The notes beneath the pieces were generated by a model. The model was not told the origin of the DNA. It was given only the letters and a program-made list of their open reading frames with translations, and searched no databases. From Acidimicrobiia bacterium (GTDB taxonomy: Bacteria > Actinomycetota > Acidimicrobiia > IMCC26256 > JAMXLJ01): a DNA stretch of 64,000 nucleotides. Shown here piece by piece: positions 28,431 through 35,884 of this stretch (position 1 is the stretch's first letter; each line of letters begins with the position of its first letter). Position numbers and translations under genes: made by a program. The stretch is taken from NCBI GenBank assembly GCA_036558745.1, contig DATBEZ010000031.1:23454-87453 (forward strand), given 5' to 3'.

Positions 28431-30233
28431 TCATCCGCTGTGAACGCAGGGGCGGTACTGCGCTGCGAGCACGCGCACGTCGGCGCGCGTCAGCGCGCTC
28501 GACCGCCGCGACACCACCACCCGCCAGCCCGCCGGCACGCGCTCGAGGCGCAGCTTGACGCAGTAGTGCAGGCGCTTCTCCTTCGCGGTCGGCGGTCGGG
28601 GCTTGGTCCCGGAGTTCGGCGGGCGCGACGTGGAGGGTGCGTAGCCCAGGTGCCAGCTGTCCCACTCGAACCCGCCGTTGATCTGCAACGGCTCGTAGCC
28701 GAGGCGGGTCGCGGCCTTCGCCACCGCCCAGCGGGTGCCGTCGAAGGAGGCCGAGTCGGTCGTGTACGCGAGGCCGGCCAGACCGAGCACCACCACGGAG
28801 ACGATCGCCCACGCCCACGCCGCGCGCGCCGGGCGGCGCGCCGCGACCGGCCGGGGTTCGGCACCGGCCGCGGGCCCGGGCGCGGGCTCGGGTCGCGGAC
28901 GCAACAGCAGGAACGCGACCAGCGGCACCAGCGGCAGCACGTAGCGGTCGTAGAGCGGCAGGTTCACCGCGACCGCGACGGCGTACGCGGCCAGGTAGAG
29001 CCCGACGGTGAGCGCGACCGCGGCCGTCGCCGGGTCGGCCGGTGCGAGGTCCCGCCGGCGCACGCGGTCACGCGCCTCGACGAGCCAGGGCACGAGCGCG
29101 ACGACGAGCAGGACCACCGACAGGGAGCCCAGCAGCACGAGCAGGTCGAACACCGCGGAGGGCATGACGTTGGGGCGCACCCCGGGGAGCACGTCGGTCG
29201 AGAGGGTGCCGTCGCGGGTGACGTAGTTGCCGACGAACGGACGCTGCGGCACGTGCAGGTAGATCCCCGCGAGGACGAGCGCGCTCGCACCGCCGAGCAC
29301 CCACGTCAGCCGCGGGGCCGCGAGCCGCGCGCGACGAACGATGCGGACGGGACCCGCGAGCACGACGGCCGGCACGACGAGCAGCCCGAGCAGGCGCACG
29401 AGGTTCGTGCCCTTGTCGACGAGCGTCCGCAACGTGTGCGGGGTGGGCACGATGGGCGAGAGCGCGAGCGAGCCCGGCAGCCGGCGCCACCACAGGAAGA
29501 GCACGGCCGAGCACACGAGCAGCACCCCGGTCTGGATCCCGACGATCCGCAACCGGCGGCGGTCGCCGTCGCCTGCGAGCACCATCGCCGCGACGACGGC
29601 CACCGCGATGGGTACGACCAGGGCGTACTGGCGAACCGAGAACGCGACGAACCCGAGAGCGAGGCAGGCCCCGAGCAGGCCGGTCGACACCGGTCGGCGC
29701 TGCAGCGCGGCGACGCCCACGGTCAGCGTGAGCACCGTGAACGTGAACGTCGGCACGTCGGTCATGAAGCTCGCGGCGAGCGGGCCCCACAGCGGCCCGA
29801 CCGCGACCGCCACCGCGATGAGCCCGGCCACCCGGAGCCCGACGCCGAGGCGCCGGCCCAGGTCGACCACCGCGGCCAGGCCCACCAGGCCGACGAACGC
29901 GGTGAACACCTGCATCGCGGCGATGCTGCGCCCGCTCAGCGCGGCTACCGGCGCGCCGAGCGCGACCTGGCCGACGAGCGTCATCGAGACCCAGTTGTTG
30001 AGGTCGACCGTGCCGTCGTGCACGAAGCGGAACTGGACCAGGAGGTACGACCAGTCGTCGCTCCTCGGGATCCCGAACGCGCCGTAGTGGGCGGCGATCA
30101 CCAGGGGCAGGACCACCGCCAGGACCACGAGCAGGATGCCGAGAACGAGCAGGTCGGCACCGGTTCGGCGACGACCCGAGGGGGTCGTCGGGGCCGCTCC
30201 CGCGGCGCTTCTTCCTGCAACCTCGACGACCAC
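28431..30233 (-). CDS. GT-C fold membrane glycosyltransferase (ArnT/PMT-like) with C-terminal extracytoplasmic domain
   Basis: This is the distal 600 codons of the 1376-aa ORF 28431..32561; the upstream part is antisense to the BY-kinase gene. The first TM is followed by AFGIPRSDDWSY (acidic first-loop motif), many TM helices and a soluble tail. The GTG 30233 start (GGGAG upstream) is inferred. Confidence 0.6.
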   Translation of the reverse strand: MVVEVAGRSAAGAAPTTPSGRRRTGADLLVLGILLVVLAVVLPLVIAAHYGAFGIPRSDDWSYLLVQFRFVHDGTVDLNNWVSMTLVGQVALGAPVAALSGRSIAAMQVFTAFVGLVGLAAVVDLGRRLGVGLRVAGLIAVAVAVGPLWGPLAASFMTDVPTFTFTVLTLTVGVAALQRRPVSTGLLGACLALGFVAFSVRQYALVVPIAVAVVAAMVLAGDGDRRRLRIVGIQTGVLLVCSAVLFLWWRRLPGSLALSPIVPTPHTLRTLVDKGTNLVRLLGLLVVPAVVLAGPVRIVRRARLAAPRLTWVLGGASALVLAGIYLHVPQRPFVGNYVTRDGTLSTDVLPGVRPNVMPSAVFDLLVLLGSLSVVLLVVALVPWLVEARDRVRRRDLAPADPATAAVALTVGLYLAAYAVAVAVNLPLYDRYVLPLVPLVAFLLLRPRPEPAPGPAAGAEPRPVAARRPARAAWAWAIVSVVVLGLAGLAYTTDSASFDGTRWAVAKAATRLGYEPLQINGGFEWDSWHLGYAPSTSRPPNSGTKPRPPTAKEKRLHYCVKLRLERVPAGWRVVVSRRSSALTRADVRVLAAQYRPCVHSG

Positions 30234-30467
30234 GCGCCCCGCTCCCGCGATGTCATGCCCGGGGCGCGGACGGTACCCTCCCAGACGCCGGTCGCGCACG
30301 GCGCGCGCACAACCCAATGGCCGGCCACGGGCCGCCCAAAGTTTGTCCGCGCGCCCTGTACCTGCGGATCGGTGCAAAGTAGATTGATTCGCCCGTCGGT
30401 CCGCGTCGGCGCGGGCGTACGCCCGTCGCCGGCCCGGTAGTGGCCGATCAGGAGCTGTCGCACCCAT

Positions 30468-32633
30468 ATGAGACCGGTCGAGTACCTGCGGCTGATCCGC
30501 CAGCGCTGGTGGGTCCTGCCGATCACCGCGATTCTGGGCTTCGTCATCGCGTTCGGGACGCAGCCGACGCCGCCCCGCAAGGTGAACCTGGCGCCGCTCT
30601 ACAAGTTCTCGGGGACCGCGGTGCTGGCCGCGAAGCCGCTCGGCATCTCGACGGGCGGCAGCGTCGACTACGACCGCCTCGCCCTGCTCGCGACGTCGGG
30701 CCAGGTGCCCCAGAACGTGGCGCTCAGCCTCGGGCTCGGCGGGCCGACCAACTTCGCCGTGCCCAACACCGACCCGAAGGGCGCGCCGATCGACCCCAAC
30801 AAGACCGGCGCGCCCCGCGGCGTGGCGATGAAGCCGACCCAGGTCATCGTGACGCCGAACAAGATCAGCGGCTCGCTGACGATCGAGGCGACCGCGCCCA
30901 ACATCAGCGTCGCGACCGCGGTCGCGAACGCGATCGGCTACGAGCTGATCATGGACCTCAACAACCCGCAGCCGGGGCTGCCGGACCTCAGCCTCAGAGG
31001 TCTGTACAACGCCCAGCTGCGAGCAATCGGCAACGCCCGCGGCCAGGCCTTCGCCGATCTGAACGATCTGGCCACCCCCCTCTATGTGGCGCTGCACTCG
31101 AACCCGGCACGCGCCAAGACGCTGCTCGACCAGTTCGTCGCGACGCGCCAGCGCATCGTCAACCTCGACCGGACGCTCATCCAGCTGATCCAGAACGGCC
31201 CGAGCGACATCCCGCTGCTCGTGCTGAGCGCGGCCTCGCCCGCCAACACCTCGGTCATCTTCCCCAACGTGAAGGAGAAGGCGATCGTCAAGGCCGGCTG
31301 GCCGCGGCTGACGTTGGGCGCCGGCATCGGGCTGCTCGCGGGCATCGCGATCCTGCTGCTCATCGAGGTGGCACGGCCGAAGATCCGCGACGTCCGCAGC
31401 GCCGAGAACGCCGCGCTCATGCCCGCCGTCGCCGAGATCTCGGCCGTGCACATGACCCGCGGGGAGCGCTACCGCGTCGTCGCCGCGGAGGAGCCGTCGT
31501 CGCTGCTCGCGGAGGCGTACCGCTCGTTGCGCACGTCCCTGCTCGCGATGTGGCCGCGACATCCGGTGAACGCCCGCGCCCGCGGGAACGGCAATGGCAA
31601 CGGGAATGGCAACGGCAACGGTCACGACAACTCCTTCCGACCGCTGCGGACACTGCTCATCACCTCGCCGGGGCCGGGTGAGGGCAAGTCCGTCACCGCG
31701 GTGAACCTCGCCGCGACCTTCGCCGAGACGGGCGCGAGCGTCATCGTCATCGACGGCGACGCGCGCCGACCCGCGGTCCACCGGTACTTCGGCGGCCGGT
31801 CCACACCGAACCTGGGCGACTTCGAGCACGGTCCCAACGCGAACAATCTCGAGGCGGTGCTGCAGGACACCAAGATCGAGGGCGTGCAGTTCGCAGCCAG
31901 CGCGCGCGGGATCGGCCCGGCCCGCACGGTCGCGGCGGTGAAGGCGGCGGCCGGGGCGGCGATGGAGCTGGCGGACATCGTCATCATCGACGCTCCTCCG
32001 CTGCTCGTCGCCAACGACTCGTCGGAGCTCGCGACCGCGGCCGACGCGTCGCTGTTCGTGCTGCGCGCGGGCAAGACCCGCCGTGAGAGCGCGACCCGCG
32101 GCGCGGAGCTGCTGCGCCGGATCGAGGCGACGGTCGTCGGTGTGGTCGTCGTCGGCGTCGAGCGCTCCACGCCCGACGGCTTCTACGGCTACTCCAGCCA
32201 CTACGGCAGCACGCTCGACTCGCGCGACCGCGAGACGATCTCGCGCCTGCGCCCCTGGAGCCGGCGCCGCTCGCGTCGGGCCCGCGACCTGCGGGCCGAG
32301 GCCGCCCGGCGCGAGCCCGCGGTCACGGAGCCCACGCCCGCCGCGGCACCGACCGCGCCGCCGCCCCCACCAGGACCGGCAGCGTCGGCGCCGGGCACGG
32401 CGGCACCCGGGTCGACGACCTTCGTCGACCTGGTGGCCCACGAGGGCGACGAGGCGGACCAGTCGAGTCAGGCCGGCCAGGCCCGAGAGGCGGGTCAGCC
32501 CGGTCAGTCGGGCCAGGCCGAACCGCCCGAAGCCACCCGGGTCGACGAGCCCTGGTCGCACATCTTCGAGCGCCGGCCCGACGCCGGCGACGGCGGTGAC
32601 ACGCCGCCCGGGCGCCAGCCGCCCGGGTCGTGA
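30468..32633 (+). CDS. polysaccharide co-polymerase (Wzz domain) fused to BY-type tyrosine autokinase
   Basis: 721 aa. It has an N-terminal TM (YLRLIRQRWWVLPITAILGFVIAF), a periplasmic region and a second TM. The kinase shows Walker A SPGPGEGKS, Walker A' VIVIDGDARRP and Walker B IVIIDAPP, then a Tyr cluster GFYGYSSHYG followed by about 150 aa of low-complexity tail. Confidence 0.85.
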   Translation: MRPVEYLRLIRQRWWVLPITAILGFVIAFGTQPTPPRKVNLAPLYKFSGTAVLAAKPLGISTGGSVDYDRLALLATSGQVPQNVALSLGLGGPTNFAVPNTDPKGAPIDPNKTGAPRGVAMKPTQVIVTPNKISGSLTIEATAPNISVATAVANAIGYELIMDLNNPQPGLPDLSLRGLYNAQLRAIGNARGQAFADLNDLATPLYVALHSNPARAKTLLDQFVATRQRIVNLDRTLIQLIQNGPSDIPLLVLSAASPANTSVIFPNVKEKAIVKAGWPRLTLGAGIGLLAGIAILLLIEVARPKIRDVRSAENAALMPAVAEISAVHMTRGERYRVVAAEEPSSLLAEAYRSLRTSLLAMWPRHPVNARARGNGNGNGNGNGNGHDNSFRPLRTLLITSPGPGEGKSVTAVNLAATFAETGASVIVIDGDARRPAVHRYFGGRSTPNLGDFEHGPNANNLEAVLQDTKIEGVQFAASARGIGPARTVAAVKAAAGAAMELADIVIIDAPPLLVANDSSELATAADASLFVLRAGKTRRESATRGAELLRRIEATVVGVVVVGVERSTPDGFYGYSSHYGSTLDSRDRETISRLRPWSRRRSRRARDLRAEAARREPAVTEPTPAAAPTAPPPPPGPAASAPGTAAPGSTTFVDLVAHEGDEADQSSQAGQAREAGQPGQSGQAEPPEATRVDEPWSHIFERRPDAGDGGDTPPGRQPPGS
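31584..31622 (+). repeat. in-frame hexanucleotide repeat (GGN-AAY)x6 encoding GNGNGNGNGNGNG
   Basis: Read directly: gggaac ggcaat ggcaac gggaat ggcaac ggcaac ggt. It lies in the linker just upstream of the kinase Walker A. Confidence 0.9.
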
Positions 32634-34333
32634 GCCTCAGCCTCGGCGACCAGGAACGCGCCCTGCGGGCGCAGAGCGCCAGCTTGCGCGACGCGCCCTC
32701 GTGGTGCCGGTTCCTGATCGCCGTCGGGTGCATCGCCTACGCCGTCACGCTCGCGGTCGCCGCCCTGCGCGCGTCGTTCTGGCTGGCCGACGCGTGCATC
32801 CAGGTCCCGATCTGGGCCGCGGTCACCGTGCCGATCGCGCGACGCATCGCCAAGGCCGAGCGCGACGCGGGTGTCTTCGGGTTCGTCATGGCCGCGTTCG
32901 CCGCCAAGATGATCGGCGTCCTCGTCCGCCAGGCCGTCGCGTTCGGCGTCTACAACGGCGTCGCCGACGCGAACGCCTACGACAAGGCGGGCAAGCAGTT
33001 CGCGCCGTTCTACCGGCATTTCGACTTCAGCCCCAACACCGGCAAGCTCGTCGGCACCGGGTTCCTCAAGGCGCTGACCGGCGTCGTCTACGCGTTCACG
33101 GGCACGTCGGAGCTCGGCGCGTTCGTGTTCTTCTCGTTCCTGTCGTTCCTCGGGCTCCTGATGCTCTGGCGGGCGTTCCGGCGCGCGGTACCCGAGGGCG
33201 ACGGCCGCCGCTACGGGCTCCTCGTGCTCTTCCTGCCCTCGTTGCTGTACTGGCCCTCTGCGCTCGGCAAGGAGGGGTGGGGGCTCTTCTGCGTCGGGCT
33301 GTGCTCCTACGGCGTCGCCCTGCTGCTCACCCGCCGCGTGATCTTCGGCGCGCTGCTCCTTGCGGGCGGGCTCGTCGGCGTCACGATGCTGCGACCACAC
33401 GTCGCGCTCGTCGTGTTCGGCGGGCTCGTGTTCGCGGCGTGCATCGGCAAGTCGCGCAGTGCCTCACCCGGGGCCCCGCTCGTGCGCGCCGTGGTCTTCG
33501 GGGTGCTGTTCGTCACCGGCCTGATACTCGTATCCCAGGCTCAGAGCTTCCTCGGCGTGAACAGCCTCGACCAGACGACGGTCGGCAAGAAGCTCGACAA
33601 GACGCAAAAGCAGACCTCGAAGGAGGCGGGGTCGACGTTCACGCCGGCGCGCATCCATTCGCCGATCGACGCGCCCTGGGCGACGATCACCGTCCTGTTC
33701 CGGCCCTTCCCGTGGGAGGGGCACAGCGGCCAGGAGATCGCCGCGAGCGCCGAGAGCGTGTTCCTCATCGTGCTCGCGTGGAAGTCGCGCAAGCGGCTCC
33801 GTTCGATACCACGGTTGGCGCGCGAGCGCTCCTACATCGCGTACTGCATCGGCTTCACCGCGATGTTCGTCTTCGCGTTCTCGTCGTTCGGCAACTTCGG
33901 CCTGCTCGCGCGACAACGAACGCAGACGATGCCGCTCGTGCTGACGTTCCTGTGCCTGCCCGAGTTCGTGCCGCGGTGGAAGCGCGAGCTCGTCGCCGGT
34001 GACCCCGTCACCGGGGTACCGGTCGCGGGCATGACCGCGGCAGCGACGGCAGGGCTCGTCGCCACGGGTCCGTACGCGCGCTTCGAGCACGTGCTCAACC
34101 AGGGGCCGGCCGGGCAAGGCGGGCCCGCGACCCCGGAGCCCTACGCCGACCCCGCCGACCCGTACGCGCGCTTCCGCCGGGAGTCGGACGTCGCCGACCC
34201 GTACGCCCGCTTCCCGGCGCCCGAGGCCCGCAACGACGTCGCCGCGCGCTTCGCAGGCAACGGCGATGTCGACCGAACGGACGCGCACACGATGGCGGAC
34301 GGCCCGTCAGCCGGGCACGATCACCCCGGCTGA
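32630..34333 (+). CDS. polytopic membrane protein, polymerase-like (Wzy/O-antigen-ligase-like), with repeat-bearing cytoplasmic tail
   Basis: 567 aa with about 10-12 TM helices and one large loop. GTG 32630 overlaps the BY-kinase stop (GTGA). The assignment rests on topology and context only. The tail carries three DPYARF-type repeats. Confidence 0.45.
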   Translation: MSLSLGDQERALRAQSASLRDAPSWCRFLIAVGCIAYAVTLAVAALRASFWLADACIQVPIWAAVTVPIARRIAKAERDAGVFGFVMAAFAAKMIGVLVRQAVAFGVYNGVADANAYDKAGKQFAPFYRHFDFSPNTGKLVGTGFLKALTGVVYAFTGTSELGAFVFFSFLSFLGLLMLWRAFRRAVPEGDGRRYGLLVLFLPSLLYWPSALGKEGWGLFCVGLCSYGVALLLTRRVIFGALLLAGGLVGVTMLRPHVALVVFGGLVFAACIGKSRSASPGAPLVRAVVFGVLFVTGLILVSQAQSFLGVNSLDQTTVGKKLDKTQKQTSKEAGSTFTPARIHSPIDAPWATITVLFRPFPWEGHSGQEIAASAESVFLIVLAWKSRKRLRSIPRLARERSYIAYCIGFTAMFVFAFSSFGNFGLLARQRTQTMPLVLTFLCLPEFVPRWKRELVAGDPVTGVPVAGMTAAATAGLVATGPYARFEHVLNQGPAGQGGPATPEPYADPADPYARFRRESDVADPYARFPAPEARNDVAARFAGNGDVDRTDAHTMADGPSAGHDHPG

Positions 34334-34362
34334 CGGGCCGAGCGACACCGCGTGTCCCGCGC

Positions 34363-35577
34363 TCAGCAGGTGCCGCCCGAGGGCGCCTCGAGGTGCACCG
34401 GGACGTAGGCCAGGTTGTTGGACCAGCAGACGTTGCTGCTCGGGCCCCACATGTCGTAGTAGGACACCGAGCCCGCGCCGCCGTTCCACGTGTTCCCGGT
34501 GACCACAACGTTGCTGCTGTGGGCGAGGTTGACGCCGGTGATGTTCCGACCCCAGGTCATGTTCACCCGGTTGTTCGTCACGTGCACCCCGGTCGCGTTC
34601 TGGATGAAGAACGCACCGCCGCCGCTCTGGTCGACGCCCGTCTGCTCCATCGGGCCGTTCACGACGTTGCCGCTGATCGTGACGTTCGTGAGCGTCCCGA
34701 AGGCCGCGGCCTGGATCTTCATCGGCCGGTTGACGAACGTGTTGTTGACGATGTTGACGTTCTTGATCGGCACCGAGGCACCACTGATGTTCCAGAAGTA
34801 CAGGCGCCCGTAGCCGAACGTGTTGTTGCTGACGGTGAGGCCGTCGAGCGCGCCGGTGGTCGGCGGCTCCTGGTCGATCATCGCGTGCGCGACGTTCTGC
34901 AGCAGGTTGTGGTCGAACCGGATGTTCGTGCCGCCGTTGACCGCCCAACCCATGCGCGAGGCACCGTCGAACGTGGAGTTCTCGACGAGCACGTTGCTCG
35001 TGTACGGACCGATGTAGACCATGTCGCCGTACACGTCGTACGCGTGGATGTTGTTCAGGTGGAAGCCGTTGGTCTGGCCGACCGCGAACGCGTGCTGAGC
35101 CTCGAGGCTCCAGCCATTCGGGTTCAGACCCAGCTTCGCGGCGCCGCGCACCGTCAGGTTCTCGAGCGTGATGTTGCTCCCGCCCGTGAAGAAGAACACC
35201 GCGCGGGCGCGCGCGTCGGTCGGGCTGAACTGCGTGCCGTCGGTGAGCGGCTTGAACGTCGCGCCGTTGCCGACGAACGTCAGGTTGTTGCGGTTCTGGA
35301 TGAGGAGCTTGCCGTCGATGCGGTAGCAGCCGTTGGGCACGAACCGCAGCGTCGAGCCGTCACCCACGGAGGCGATCCACCGCAGCAGGTCGGCCGTCAC
35401 ATCCCGCGAGCAGTCGCTCGGGATGCTGGCAGGCACGGTGAAGGTGCCGGCCAGTCCGGGGTTGGCGGGAGCGGACGCGCCGGTCGCGCACCCCGCCGTG
35501 GCCGCGGCCAGGACGGCCACGCCCGCGAGAACGACGAGCACGCGATGACGACGACGGAACTGCGATGCGAAGACCAT
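34363..35577 (-). CDS. secreted right-handed parallel beta-helix protein (probable glycan hydrolase or lyase), lipoprotein/Tat-like signal
   Basis: 404 aa from ATG 35577 (G-rich RBS). The signal is FRRRHRVLVVLAGVAVLAAATAGC. Repeated N-rich turns follow (NITLENLTV, NVLVENSTF, NIRFDHNLL, LTVSNNTF, VNIVNNTF, VTISGNVV, VHVTNNRV, VVVTGNTW), typical of pectate-lyase-fold repeats. Confidence 0.75.
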   Translation of the reverse strand: MVFASQFRRRHRVLVVLAGVAVLAAATAGCATGASAPANPGLAGTFTVPASIPSDCSRDVTADLLRWIASVGDGSTLRFVPNGCYRIDGKLLIQNRNNLTFVGNGATFKPLTDGTQFSPTDARARAVFFFTGGSNITLENLTVRGAAKLGLNPNGWSLEAQHAFAVGQTNGFHLNNIHAYDVYGDMVYIGPYTSNVLVENSTFDGASRMGWAVNGGTNIRFDHNLLQNVAHAMIDQEPPTTGALDGLTVSNNTFGYGRLYFWNISGASVPIKNVNIVNNTFVNRPMKIQAAAFGTLTNVTISGNVVNGPMEQTGVDQSGGGAFFIQNATGVHVTNNRVNMTWGRNITGVNLAHSSNVVVTGNTWNGGAGSVSYYDMWGPSSNVCWSNNLAYVPVHLEAPSGGTC

Positions 35578-35884
35578 GGAACCCCCCAGGGCACTCGACG
35601 GACCGACCACGGCACGTGGGTCACACGCCCGGTAGCAGCCACCGTTCGTGGTATCGACGGACGCGCGGATCAGACTTGAGTGGGCTGAGCACTCCGTCAG
35701 AAACTGGGTGAAACCCGGAAGAAGAACCCAACCAGGCCGGAGCGGCGCGTCATCCTGCCAAGGCGGTGCTGCCGAGCACACATCCGGGACGGAAGGATCT
35801 GGTGAACACCCGGTCACGGCTCCCGTGGAGGTCGCGGCGGCCCTGCGGGTACGGTCTGGCGACGCGATCCAGGGCTGTGAGGCG

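Noticed and set aside
31584-31622. Short tandem repeat considered as a CRISPR-like or non-coding microsatellite element.
   Set aside because: The unit is only 6 bp with no spacers. It is in frame inside the BY-kinase gene, encoding GN dipeptides. No cas genes or repeat-spacer arrays occur anywhere in the window.
28431-32561. 1376-aa minus-strand ORF suggesting a giant protein. Similar 5'-extended ORFs are 18365..20527, 13815..16391, 12649..14403, 16204..17793, 9661..12249, 36691..38859, 53787..55562 and 57915..59282.
   Set aside because: Only the 3' portions look like real proteins. The 5' portions are Arg/Pro-rich and overlap well-supported genes in other frames. Internal GTG, ATG or TTG starts with RBS motifs or 4-nt stop/start overlaps give sensible gene lengths.
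34334-34362. A short GACAC-cgc-GTGTC hairpin between convergent genes. Also a GCGCC-n8-GGCGC hairpin at about 7911-7928. Both considered as terminators.
   Set aside because: The stems are only 5 bp with no U tract, so they are too weak to call.
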